In this document: positions 30,131-39,564 of the stretch, one piece after another | Numbering within the stretch: position 1 is the first letter of the stretch | How the letters are laid out: each line of letters starts with the position of its first letter | Virus record (IMG/VR): IMGVR_UViG_3300006930_000006 | Source of the DNA: an uncultured virus (IMG/VR IMGVR_UViG_3300006930_000006) | Taxonomy: Duplodnaviria; Heunggongvirae; Uroviricota; Caudoviricetes | Direction: 5' to 3' (one strand) | DNA: 57,297 bases | Position numbers and translations under genes: made by a program | The notes under the pieces: generated by a model | What the model saw: the letters and a program-made list of their open reading frames with translations, nothing else | What the model was told of the DNA's origin: nothing | Database searches by the model: none

Positions 30131-31948
30131 ATGACAATAAGTATAGTAAATAATACAGATACAATAGACACCTGGAGACAGAGAACCAATCAAGTTATAA
30201 GCTTTGTGAATGGTCCTTCCCCTTTGATTGCTACAACGGTCAAATTACAAGATTATATTAATCCATCACATTATTTAACTTTAAGAGTAAATGAAGATCT
30301 TACTGGTGATAGAATACTAAACATTATTACCGGAGATACAGATAGAACTTTAACTCTTAATGGTAATGCTACAATCACTGGATCTAATACAGGTGACCAA
30401 ACAATTACTTTAACTGGTGCCGTAACTGGAACCGGAACTGGTACTTTTTCAACAACTTTAGCAGATTCTTTAGTTGGAACTCCTGGAACTTATGGTGATA
30501 CTATAACAATTCCAGCAGTAACTGTAAATCAAAAAGGATTGATTACTGGAATATCAAACCAAGCTTTTGATAGAACAAAGTTATCTTTACCTTCATACAA
30601 TGGTATTGAAAATTCTACTGGTATTACAATCACTTATGATAATAATTATAGTGGTGGTACAAATCCAAATCATAGAAAACTAACTCTAACGATTGCTGGT
30701 AATGTTTATGCTTATGTCAATGGTGTAAGATATACTTTAACCACACAAACAATAGCTGCTCATCCAGATGCAAGTGGTATGTATGTTTATTATTTTAATA
30801 GTTCTGGTGTTTTAACTATTTCAACAGTTAATACGATTCCTGATTTTGGATCTACTGCCTGGGTTGCAACTGTTTTATATAATGCAGATGCTACAGTAAA
30901 AGCTGGTTATCTATGGGATGAAAGGCATCCAGCATATTCCGGTATGTCAAATGCTACACACTATTACTTGCACAATACCCGTGGTTCTGTATTAGTATCC
31001 GGTGGTGCTATTAGTGGATATACACTTAATGCAGCTGGTGCAACAAACTTGGCTTATGCAGTTGCTGGTGGCACTTTAGCAGATGAAGATTTATATCATA
31101 CAATCAATCCTGTAGCTAAGAGTGGTCCATATACAATCGTTCGTAGAAGTGGAACTGACGCAAATGGTGAGTTTGTTTCCAATTATACTTCGGTGACTGG
31201 TATTCTTGATAACGGAACTGATATTTACTACAATCAAAATAATGCTGGAACGTGGCAAATGACTGCGGTAACAGCAAATAACCGTTGGGTAAACTATTGG
31301 GTTTGTATGGGTGCATTACTCAATCCTGCTACTGGTGGGGCTGGTAATCAAATCTTTATCGTAATGGGGCAAAATCTATTTACGACATTAGCTGACGCAA
31401 CTGGTTCTGACTTTAGCACACTCAGTATGGGCAACTTACCAGTAAAAGAATTTGTTGTAGTTGCTAAAATGACTTATCAACGTGTTTCTGGTAGCTCCCC
31501 AAGCAATGCTCAACTTGTTTCGGTTATGCCAATCAGACAAAGTGTATCTGCAATTATAAGTGGTGTTTCACCTTCAGACCACCAATCATTAAGCAACAGG
31601 AATGCACTTGCTTGCCATCCTGCTACTTCAATCACAGTAGATGCTAGTGGCTTTGACGGTAAACTAACAACTTCAGATGATACAGTTCAAAAGATTGCAC
31701 AAAAACTTGACGACTTGATTATTGCAACTTCTACGACAGGAACTTTCACAAGTGCTAATCTAACTGCAAATAAATTGACGATTACACATAATAAAGCATT
31801 GAGTGCTCCTTACGGATTGTTGATACAATTCTTTGACGCAAACGGTAAGCAGATTGTCCCTGATGTTGATACTGCTGCTACTAATAGTTGCATATATGAC
31901 TTTACTAATATCACGGTTACTGGAACTTGTAGTTATATCTACATATAA
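30131..31948 (+). CDS. Tail fibre-like protein
   Basis: TDTIDTWRQRTN N-terminus, GTYG...VTVNQKGLIT fibre knob motif, Thr/Gly-rich. Confidence 0.75.
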   Translation: MTISIVNNTDTIDTWRQRTNQVISFVNGPSPLIATTVKLQDYINPSHYLTLRVNEDLTGDRILNIITGDTDRTLTLNGNATITGSNTGDQTITLTGAVTGTGTGTFSTTLADSLVGTPGTYGDTITIPAVTVNQKGLITGISNQAFDRTKLSLPSYNGIENSTGITITYDNNYSGGTNPNHRKLTLTIAGNVYAYVNGVRYTLTTQTIAAHPDASGMYVYYFNSSGVLTISTVNTIPDFGSTAWVATVLYNADATVKAGYLWDERHPAYSGMSNATHYYLHNTRGSVLVSGGAISGYTLNAAGATNLAYAVAGGTLADEDLYHTINPVAKSGPYTIVRRSGTDANGEFVSNYTSVTGILDNGTDIYYNQNNAGTWQMTAVTANNRWVNYWVCMGALLNPATGGAGNQIFIVMGQNLFTTLADATGSDFSTLSMGNLPVKEFVVVAKMTYQRVSGSSPSNAQLVSVMPIRQSVSAIISGVSPSDHQSLSNRNALACHPATSITVDASGFDGKLTTSDDTVQKIAQKLDDLIIATSTTGTFTSANLTANKLTITHNKALSAPYGLLIQFFDANGKQIVPDVDTAATNSCIYDFTNITVTGTCSYIYI

Positions 31949-31957
31949 GGTAAGTAA

Positions 31958-32947
31958 ATGACAACCTTTAATAAATTAAGAACAACAAAGTTATATGGTG
32001 GTGAAGACCAACTTATCTATAGCACGACTTTAGGTTCTAATGTTGCTGATTTTACGATTAGTGGACTTGACGGAGACACTGATAGACATTATAGACTTGA
32101 AGTTGTTTCTGCTGGTGGTGCAGTTAGTTATATGATTGTCCAACCAAATGCGGACAACTCAGCAAGTTATTTTGGTAATCAATGGGGAGTTACTGGTAGT
32201 TCAACCATCTATAATTTATATCAAACTACAAACTTAGGTATTCCATTATGTTATGGTGCTGATGGTGATGTTGGTATTATGAGACTTTTTCCATATCAAA
32301 ATAATCAACGTTCTGCTATCTGTACTTCAATAGATAATGGTAATACTACCTTCAGAAAACACGGCTATATCTGGAATCCAAACAATACTAATATCACTTC
32401 CTTAAAGATAATTGCTCAAAGCACAACTGCTACACAATCAGCAACCCCAACAATGACAAGTAATACTGCTCCAAGTGGTGTTGTATCTGCAAGTGAAGAA
32501 CTTCGTGCTGCCTGGAAAGCATTTAATAAAACAAATGCGGATGCTAATGATTCTTGGGCTTCTAATGGATCTTTTCCTGCTTGGTTGAAATATGACTTCG
32601 GTAGTGGTAATGCAAAGGTTATTACATATCTTAAGATTCTAACTTGTAATTATGCATCTTATCCTTATGCACCTGGTGCTTGGGTATTTCAAGGAAGTAA
32701 TGACGATAGCAACTGGACTGACCTTGCTTCTGCTACTAACTCAACTAATACGGCAAATACTTACATCGTCAACCAAGCAATAACCAATAGTACAGCATAT
32801 AGATACTATAGATTTTATATCACGACTGCTTGTCTCAATCCTTATGTTTCTATTGGTGAAATGGAAATGACTGAGACCTATACAGTACCCGGCTATTTGA
32901 ATAGTGGGACACAAATCAGACTTTGGGCAAGAAGAGGTAATTCATAA
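31958..32947 (+). CDS. Receptor-binding-like protein with inserted discoidin (F5/8 type C)-like domain
   Basis: TISGLDGDTD module; PTMTSNTAPSG..WKAF..W..WLKYDFG..FQGSND..WTDL..YRYYR..IGE. Confidence 0.72.
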   Translation: MTTFNKLRTTKLYGGEDQLIYSTTLGSNVADFTISGLDGDTDRHYRLEVVSAGGAVSYMIVQPNADNSASYFGNQWGVTGSSTIYNLYQTTNLGIPLCYGADGDVGIMRLFPYQNNQRSAICTSIDNGNTTFRKHGYIWNPNNTNITSLKIIAQSTTATQSATPTMTSNTAPSGVVSASEELRAAWKAFNKTNADANDSWASNGSFPAWLKYDFGSGNAKVITYLKILTCNYASYPYAPGAWVFQGSNDDSNWTDLASATNSTNTANTYIVNQAITNSTAYRYYRFYITTACLNPYVSIGEMEMTETYTVPGYLNSGTQIRLWARRGNS

Positions 32948-32948
32948 A

Positions 32949-34025
32949 ATGACAACTTTTAATAGTATTACTTCAAGCTCTGTTGATAATGTAGAGCAAA
33001 TCGTTTATGAGAATACTTTAACCGGGGATGCTGCATCGGTAACCATTAGTGGTTTAGATGGTAATACGGACGAAGAATATCGTTTGATTATTTTTGGAGC
33101 ACCACATACTACGGACTCTGCTCACTGGGTATCTTTATATCTTAATAACGATTCTTCTATAAACAATTATACGATCACATATACTTTCTATACAAGTTCT
33201 GCTGGTGGTGCTATAATCGGAACTGGTTCATCTGCTGCGTATGCAACTTATATCAATGCTGGAAACCAACCTGGTTTCTCTGATATAAGAATCTTTGCAA
33301 AGTCCGGTAGAAAACGTTCTATTATTGGTAGAATGAATTATGGTCTTGCAGCTTCACAATTCCCTTGGACTTTCAACTTTACTAACCAATGGACTAACAC
33401 AGCAGATAATCTAACATCTATTGTACTATCTGGTAATATGGGTGCTGGAACTTATATCTGTCTAATGAAACGGACACAGAATACTACTGGTAAGTTATTT
33501 AACACAATGACAACTAAGTCTTTGAATGCTAATTGTTTTACCGCAGTTTATGATAGTGGTTTATTGAATACAACAAGTCCAGTTACTATTACAGGTCTAA
33601 ATGGAAACGTAGATAAGATCTATGATATAGAAATAAGACACCACGGAGATTCTGCTACATTAAATCTAAATGCTGATACCGGTGCTAATTATGCATATTC
33701 TTCACAATATGGTAAATGGTCAGGTGGTGTAAATAGTTTCACTGGTGAAGGATTTACTGGTGGTTCTGCTATGATTTTAACTTATGGTACTGCTGCAACA
33801 ACGGTAAATAGATGTTGTTATGGTTCTATCTATGCTGCTACTGGAAGAGTTCGTTGTGGTGCAATAGATTATTTTGAAGTTGATGGTAATGACGGAACTC
33901 CTGCTTATGCTGGAACGTTTGCCACTATGTGGACCAATACAGCAGATAATATAACATCAATTACATTTAATGGTGGATTCCAAACAAGTTCAACAATTAG
34001 ATTAAAAACTATAAAGAGAGTTTAA
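32949..34025 (+). CDS. Receptor-binding-like protein with two tandem copies of the TISGLDG...WTNTADNxTSI module
   Basis: ATG at 32949 after AGAGGT; MTTFN start shared with the preceding gene; internal duplication. Confidence 0.72.
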   Translation: MTTFNSITSSSVDNVEQIVYENTLTGDAASVTISGLDGNTDEEYRLIIFGAPHTTDSAHWVSLYLNNDSSINNYTITYTFYTSSAGGAIIGTGSSAAYATYINAGNQPGFSDIRIFAKSGRKRSIIGRMNYGLAASQFPWTFNFTNQWTNTADNLTSIVLSGNMGAGTYICLMKRTQNTTGKLFNTMTTKSLNANCFTAVYDSGLLNTTSPVTITGLNGNVDKIYDIEIRHHGDSATLNLNADTGANYAYSSQYGKWSGGVNSFTGEGFTGGSAMILTYGTAATTVNRCCYGSIYAATGRVRCGAIDYFEVDGNDGTPAYAGTFATMWTNTADNITSITFNGGFQTSSTIRLKTIKRV

Positions 34026-34029
34026 TATA

Positions 34030-34434
34030 ATGACACAATATACAAAAGCTAAGTTTGACGAGAAAATGGTAAATCAAGAGCCAGTAAAACTAGGTGATAC
34101 TATTAAGCATCCAGATGGTTCTGTTGAAGAAGTTATCTATGTGCAAGAAGGTAGTCATATTTGCGGGTTGACTTGGAAAACAAAGTCAAAAGAACTAAAA
34201 GACAAAGAAGCAAAGATACAAGCAGAAAGAGAAGCATTTGCTTTACGTCAAGAAGCATTAAACCAGATTGCAAGCCGTAAAAAAGAACTTGCAGATTCTG
34301 ATTTTCGTGTTATAAAGTGCTATGAGTATTCCTTAGTTAATAAAGAATTACCTTATAACGTTGAGGAACTAAATACTCAAAGAGATAAATTGCGTGCAGA
34401 AATCAATGCTTTAGAAAGTGGTTTAGCAAAATGA
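34030..34434 (+). CDS. Possible tail fibre assembly/chaperone protein
   Basis: Follows fibre genes; C-terminal LADSDFRVIKCYE...RDKLRAEINALE. Confidence 0.5.
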   Translation: MTQYTKAKFDEKMVNQEPVKLGDTIKHPDGSVEEVIYVQEGSHICGLTWKTKSKELKDKEAKIQAEREAFALRQEALNQIASRKKELADSDFRVIKCYEYSLVNKELPYNVEELNTQRDKLRAEINALESGLAK

Positions 34435-34652
34435 CAAAATTAGATAATGCTGGATTGGATGATATAGCTAGTTTAACATTAGCTTTCAATAGTTTAATAC
34501 AAGTGGATTCTGAATATGTTAAGAATCCATCAGAAGAACTATTGGAAAAGTCTATCAATCTTTCTTGTTATATACAAGATGGCTGCCAGAAGTATGATAT
34601 ATCATTACAACAATTATCCGATTTATCAGGTTATCAACCAAAAGTAAAGTAA
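34431..34652 (+). CDS. Hypothetical protein
   Basis: ATGA overlap; similar C-terminus to the next ORF. Confidence 0.7.
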   Translation: MTKLDNAGLDDIASLTLAFNSLIQVDSEYVKNPSEELLEKSINLSCYIQDGCQKYDISLQQLSDLSGYQPKVK

Positions 34653-34846
34653 TGAAAGATATAGAAAGCTTAAAATCTAAGTTCAATAAACTTATAGAAT
34701 TAAAGCAGAAAATGCAATTTACTCATAAACGGGTGGACACACTGGACTTTATAAACACTAGTTTTGAAGTCAAAGTTGGTCTAATGGAGAACAGAATGTC
34801 TATGGATGAGCTTGCGCTTCTCTGTGGATACAAAATAGAGGAATAA
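34652..34846 (+). CDS. Hypothetical protein
   Basis: TAATG overlap; SMDELALLCGY vs SLQQLSDLSGY in the previous ORF. Confidence 0.7.
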   Translation: MKDIESLKSKFNKLIELKQKMQFTHKRVDTLDFINTSFEVKVGLMENRMSMDELALLCGYKIEE

Positions 34847-34850
34847 GATC

Positions 34851-35144
34851 TTGTCAATAGAATCCATATTTGAGGTGCCAGCTGTAATAGCTGCTTTTGA
34901 AAGATTAAGAAGACTTGGTGGTAATACAGACAAAACAGGCAAAGAATTCATAAAATACGAAGATGAATTATACTGGTTTATGGTAACTGTCAATAATGAG
35001 TGCATAAAAGCTGGAATGCCAAAACACTTTGGAATAGCTATGCCAGAAGAATTAGATAAAAAGCATAGTGACGTTGCAGATGCTCTAAACAACAATAAGA
35101 AGAAAAGCTCACCAAAAGACTTTGGTCCTAAACCAAAATTATAA
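34851..35144 (+). CDS. Hypothetical protein
   Basis: TTG start downstream of GAGGA; fills gap up to a late promoter. Confidence 0.6.
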   Translation: MSIESIFEVPAVIAAFERLRRLGGNTDKTGKEFIKYEDELYWFMVTVNNECIKAGMPKHFGIAMPEELDKKHSDVADALNNNKKKSSPKDFGPKPKL

Positions 35145-35147
35145 ATA
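35140..35147 (+). promoter_or_regulatory. Late promoter for neck genes
   Basis: TATAAATA followed by the same TAACAAAGAGGACT leader as gp8. Confidence 0.8.
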
Positions 35148-35167
35148 GATAACAAAGAGGACTAAAA

Positions 35168-35527
35168 ATGACTGCAACATACAAAAATCTATATATCAAT
35201 CAAGGTGAGACCTATCGTCAATCTATTGATTTACCGGATGCTTTTCTTACATTAGACTTGTCCGAGTTTTCGGCAAGATGCTTTTTAAGAGAAACAACTG
35301 ATAATGAGACTTACTATACACTTGATACTGCTTTAATCAATGATAGTAACGGAATCGTGATAGAATTGCATCTAAGTTCCGAAGATAGTTCTGCCATACC
35401 AGCAAAGAGATACTTGTATGACGTTGAGATCTTTGCGGCAATCAATACAGAAAATGTAGTGTATAGAGTTTTTGAAGGTATTGCAACAGTCAAACCAGAA
35501 ATTACTCACTTAAATACGGTGGCTTAA
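35168..35527 (+). CDS. Conserved small virion structural protein preceding gp13
   Basis: NLYINQGET ... RYLYDVEI ... RVFEGIATVKPEIT. Confidence 0.75.
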   Translation: MTATYKNLYINQGETYRQSIDLPDAFLTLDLSEFSARCFLRETTDNETYYTLDTALINDSNGIVIELHLSSEDSSAIPAKRYLYDVEIFAAINTENVVYRVFEGIATVKPEITHLNTVA

Positions 35528-35528
35528 A

Positions 35529-36287
35529 ATGTTAAGTACAAGAACGGAATTAAAAGATTATTGTTTAAGAAAACTTGGTGCTCCTGCCATAGAGATAAAT
35601 GTTGCAGATACCCAAGTAGAAGATCGCATAGATGAAGCATTACAAGTCTTCAAAGAATATCACTTTGACGCAGTTCAAGAAAGCTGGGTTATTCACAGTG
35701 TTACCGATGCTGACGTAACTGCTGGATTCCTTGAGATACCAGATGCTTTGTTTGCTATTACAAGAGTTTTACCTTTGGATGTTGCATCTGCTTGGTTTGA
35801 CCGTTCATTATTTGATATTAGATACCAAATGCATATGACGGACTTATATCTTAATCAAGGTATGTATTCCAAGGCTGGTAATATGGCGTATATCTACCAG
35901 AACCAACAACATCTTGCTTTAATTGATTTTATGTTTAACAAAGCAAAGTCCTTTCATTTCAATAGGATAACTAACCGGTTGTATATTGAAGATGATTTAT
36001 CAAGAATTAAGACTGATTACGGTCAGATAGTACTCTATGGTTATTATCAGTTAGACCAGAACCAATGGCCTAAGGTGTGGGATAATATCTGGTTGAAAAA
36101 ATATACTACTTCATTGATTAAAAGACAATGGGGTAATAATATGAAAAAGTTTAATGGTGTACAACTCCCAGGTGGGGTTACTATGAATGGTAAAGAAGTC
36201 TATGATGAAGCTATTGCAGAAATCAAAGAGTTAGAAGAAGAAATTCGTAGCACCAATGAATTACCTTGTGATTTATTCGTAGGATAG
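35529..36287 (+). CDS. 13: Neck protein (gp13)
   Basis: LKDYCLRKLGAPAIEINV, QVEDRIDEAL, KRQWGNNMKKF, LPGGVTMNG. Confidence 0.95.
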   Translation: MLSTRTELKDYCLRKLGAPAIEINVADTQVEDRIDEALQVFKEYHFDAVQESWVIHSVTDADVTAGFLEIPDALFAITRVLPLDVASAWFDRSLFDIRYQMHMTDLYLNQGMYSKAGNMAYIYQNQQHLALIDFMFNKAKSFHFNRITNRLYIEDDLSRIKTDYGQIVLYGYYQLDQNQWPKVWDNIWLKKYTTSLIKRQWGNNMKKFNGVQLPGGVTMNGKEVYDEAIAEIKELEEEIRSTNELPCDLFVG

Positions 36288-36292
36288 AAACA

Positions 36293-37513
36293 ATGTATTT
36301 TTCACAGAATCCGATGCTATCTTATATTACAAAGGATATCTACAAACCTTCTGCTCCTGAAATTGTAATAGTTAGTGCTAATGGTAAAGATCTAAAATCA
36401 TCAGATAGTTTTATATGCTACGAACCAAAGACAACAATTTTGAATAAAGCATATAAAGATGCAACTATTAGATACAAAGAAGAAAGCAGCGTATTCAATA
36501 AAGATCCAGCTATGCAAAATAAATATACTAACTTCCTAGAGTATTATAACTCAAAGTATAAAGATGATGCTGCAGTTCTTTACTTTATGGTATTATATAC
36601 CCGTGTTGGATCTGAAGGACAAATGCGGGAACTACTAGCAAATCCAATTTTAGCAAAGTATGGTAAGATATCTACAATAAACCGTAGTCAAGCTTATATC
36701 AAGTTGTCTGCATTAAATGTAAAAGATGAGCAAATCCTTCGTATAACTGGTATTGAAAAACCAACCAATAAAGAAGAATCCATTGTAGACACCTATAATG
36801 GTGCAACTGTCTATTATAACATAGAAGATAAAGATAAACCAAAAGCATTAGATGTACTCAAGCAATTCTATTCTAAACTTCGTGCAGAAGGAGCAGATAG
36901 AGGCTTTATTGGCACAACAATTATATTTAATAAAAAAGCAGAACGTGGCGCGATTGCAACTTACGATCTAAATGACGGTTATATACTCATTGGTATGGAT
37001 AAGTTGGGATCCGGCAATTATTTTTTACAAACACTAGCCCACGAATATGCTCATAGATTGTATTATCATAATCTAAGTTCTAAAAGACAACTTATTATGG
37101 ATACCTTTTTAAAGTTCTATAGACAAGATACTACCAATGATAAACTAAAAGATATAATTACACCACTTATTGGTAAGACCCTGAAACATAACAAGTTTCC
37201 ATCTATTGAGATTACAGAATATCTTGGTAAAACAATCAAGTTTAAGATCCCAAATCCAAAAGCTAAGGATCCAAGTCAACCAACATATCTAGGTTATACA
37301 TCAAACGACCCAGGTAGATTTCTTAAAGATATACCAGCAGTACAAGACCAAGTTAGTAAGATGCAACAAAAGGATATCAGTCCTTTTCCATCACAATACT
37401 CAAAAACCAATTCTTCCGAATGGTTTGCTGAGATCTTTGGTTATTACTTCAATGGTGACCGTCTAAATGCTGAAGTTGAGGAATTCTTGAAATCCCTATT
37501 AAAAGGACTATAA
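36293..37513 (+). CDS. Zincin-like metallopeptidase domain protein
   Basis: TLAHEYAH (HExxH) and downstream SQYSKTNSSEWFAE third-ligand motif. Confidence 0.7.
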   Translation: MYFSQNPMLSYITKDIYKPSAPEIVIVSANGKDLKSSDSFICYEPKTTILNKAYKDATIRYKEESSVFNKDPAMQNKYTNFLEYYNSKYKDDAAVLYFMVLYTRVGSEGQMRELLANPILAKYGKISTINRSQAYIKLSALNVKDEQILRITGIEKPTNKEESIVDTYNGATVYYNIEDKDKPKALDVLKQFYSKLRAEGADRGFIGTTIIFNKKAERGAIATYDLNDGYILIGMDKLGSGNYFLQTLAHEYAHRLYYHNLSSKRQLIMDTFLKFYRQDTTNDKLKDIITPLIGKTLKHNKFPSIEITEYLGKTIKFKIPNPKAKDPSQPTYLGYTSNDPGRFLKDIPAVQDQVSKMQQKDISPFPSQYSKTNSSEWFAEIFGYYFNGDRLNAEVEEFLKSLLKGL

Positions 37514-37514
37514 T

Positions 37515-38153
37515 ATGTCAATCCTTTTCCTAATACTATCATCTATAGCTAATGCTATTCGTGGTGGTAATATCATAAACATAAAAGCCTGGTTGAAATC
37601 CCACGGAATATCTATTCCAGTAATTACTCACGGTAGACTAGTCGCAACTTATATAATGGGTATTATCTCTGGTGTTTTATTCAATGATTACAAAGTTGGT
37701 CTAATCACTGCTATTGGATATCTTATCTGGGCAGCTCCCGGTTGGGGTAAATACTTTGGATTTCACTTTGGATCTGCTGAATCAATTAATTCAAAAGAAA
37801 TTGGGTGGGTTGACACCATAATTAATTTTGCCTACACCACGAGCCAAGACAATGGGATTGTGACGCCATCTAATATGACAGATCCCGATAAAGATGGGTA
37901 TTGTCTTCTTGGAATGACACTTCGGGGATTATATTTGCTACCGATGACTGCTGGTCTAGCCTGGTATTTTAGTAATCCTTGGATTTTCTGTATAGGTTAT
38001 GGAATGATGTTGTTTGGATATATCTATTGGATATGGAATTCATTACTCTTGAAATTCTGCGTTGCACATAATATAGATTGCACGAAGAACGCAGAATTGA
38101 GTACAGGATTTTTTATTGGTTGTTTATTATTGATTATCAAATGTTTAGTTTAG
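37515..38153 (+). CDS. Multi-pass membrane protein of unknown function
   Basis: Five or more hydrophobic segments. Confidence 0.7.
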   Translation: MSILFLILSSIANAIRGGNIINIKAWLKSHGISIPVITHGRLVATYIMGIISGVLFNDYKVGLITAIGYLIWAAPGWGKYFGFHFGSAESINSKEIGWVDTIINFAYTTSQDNGIVTPSNMTDPDKDGYCLLGMTLRGLYLLPMTAGLAWYFSNPWIFCIGYGMMLFGYIYWIWNSLLLKFCVAHNIDCTKNAELSTGFFIGCLLLIIKCLV

Positions 38154-38445
38154 GTAGTAACTCTTCCGAGCATACCTTACAAGGTTTTCTACTATTTTTA
38201 TCACAGTAAAGAGTTATCTGAAGATTAGTTTCTTTTAGATAAACCTTATCGCCTTCTATAACTTCAACAAAACACTTAAATTCTGCTGGTTGGTATAAAA
38301 CTAGTTCTACTCTATTGATTTCATCATTAAAATGACTGCAGATAGAGTAGGTATCAGAGTTAGCAACACACTCTCCAATAGATCCATCGGAGTATTTTAC
38401 CGAAGATCCATTTGGAATTGGTTTACGGAATAGTTCTTGTTTCAT
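38137..38445 (-). CDS. Hypothetical Cys-containing protein
   Basis: Translationally coupled to the upstream minus-strand ORF; C-terminal C..CxxC. Confidence 0.6.
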   Translation of the reverse strand: MKQELFRKPIPNGSSVKYSDGSIGECVANSDTYSICSHFNDEINRVELVLYQPAEFKCFVEVIEGDKVYLKETNLQITLYCDKNSRKPCKVCSEELLPKLNI

Positions 38446-38446
38446 C

Positions 38447-38866
38447 TTAATTAATCCTTGGTGTTAGGCATTTACAGTTATTCCTTTTATAGCTTCCGAC
38501 TAATGTTGGACTATGTATTTCAGAGTATAGTTTATTATTATCCGAAACGTCAAAGTCACCTTTAACTACTACCGGAGAACCGTATAATGATTCTATTGAG
38601 GTATTATTGCAAGTAAAATCCCCATTAATTACCTTTGGTGCTCCTACTAGTGAGTCAAGATACACATTATCCGAGCAATTAAAATCACCATTGAGAATAA
38701 CATTTGATAAATCTGGTAGTTTGATAAGACCACAACAACGTAGATCTATATCCCCAAACAGTTCAAAGCGTCCATCTTCACGTATGGTATAATCTAAAAC
38801 ATTGGAGTTCTTAAGAAAATATATCTTCCTAAGGGATTCCAACAAGTCTAATTCAGTTTTAAGCAT
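38447..38866 (-). CDS. Leucine-rich-repeat-like protein (GDFxCxxNxLxSLxGxP repeats)
   Basis: Three ~22-aa repeats; ATG at 38866 has a GGAG SD (better than the TTG at 38887). Confidence 0.75.
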   Translation of the reverse strand: MLKTELDLLESLRKIYFLKNSNVLDYTIREDGRFELFGDIDLRCCGLIKLPDLSNVILNGDFNCSDNVYLDSLVGAPKVINGDFTCNNTSIESLYGSPVVVKGDFDVSDNNKLYSEIHSPTLVGSYKRNNCKCLTPRIN

Positions 38867-38891
38867 TTTTATTATCTCCAAAAGCAAACCG

Positions 38892-38899
38892 TATAAATA
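38892..38899 (+). promoter_or_regulatory. Late promoter for gp14-gp17
   Basis: TATAAATA. Confidence 0.8.
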
Positions 38900-38914
38900 A
38901 TAGTATAAAGTATA

Positions 38915-38922
38915 TATTTATA
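38915..38922 (-). promoter_or_regulatory. Late promoter for the minus-strand LRR operon
   Basis: TATTTATA on + strand. Confidence 0.65.
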
Positions 38923-38934
38923 TAGGAAAAGAAT

Positions 38935-39564
38935 ATGCCAGTTAATAACATTTTTCAAAGTGGTAAAGGAATCGGTGCTACACCAGAGCAAAATCTGGTG
39001 GATGACCTCGCTAGTGAATTAATAAAGATTACCGGTCACGATATTATTTATGCTCCACGAACTCTCGTAAAGGAAGATAAGATCTTCGGTGAAGATGTTT
39101 TGAGTGCATTTAATAAGTACTGGACAATAGAAGCTTATGTAGATTCTAAAGATGGTTATGGTACCAGTGATTTATTAACAAAGTTTGGTTTAGATATACC
39201 AGATGTTTTTGATTTGACGGTAGCAAGACGTAGGTTTGAAGAGATAACAGAGAACTATATACCAAGACCAGGTGATATAATCTACTTTCCAGTAGGTAAA
39301 GCACTTTTTGAAATCAAGTATGTTGAAGATGAAAGTCCGTTTTATAGTTTAAGTAAGCAAAGTCAATATAAGTTCAAGTGTGAGTTATTTACATACAGCC
39401 AAGAGACTCTTAATACTGGTAATCAAGATGTTGATAATATACAGAAAACATTTGAGAATCTAAACAATACTTTAAACGATGCCTTTGCAGAAAATACACC
39501 GATACAAGAAGAAGGTGATGTTATTCTTGATTTTGATGAGAATAATCCATTTGGAGAAGTATAA
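38935..39564 (+). CDS. 14: Neck protein (gp14)
   Basis: EQNLVDDL..E.IKITG, YAPR, IFGED, KFGL, PGDIIYFP, FEIKYVE, CELFTYS, NPFGE. Confidence 0.95.
   Translation: MPVNNIFQSGKGIGATPEQNLVDDLASELIKITGHDIIYAPRTLVKEDKIFGEDVLSAFNKYWTIEAYVDSKDGYGTSDLLTKFGLDIPDVFDLTVARRRFEEITENYIPRPGDIIYFPVGKALFEIKYVEDESPFYSLSKQSQYKFKCELFTYSQETLNTGNQDVDNIQKTFENLNNTLNDAFAENTPIQEEGDVILDFDENNPFGEV

Noticed and set aside
28592..34025. Diversity-generating retroelement acting on fibre genes
   Set aside because: No reverse transcriptase and no template/variable repeat pair with adenine-specific differences was seen; the repeats are old protein-level duplications
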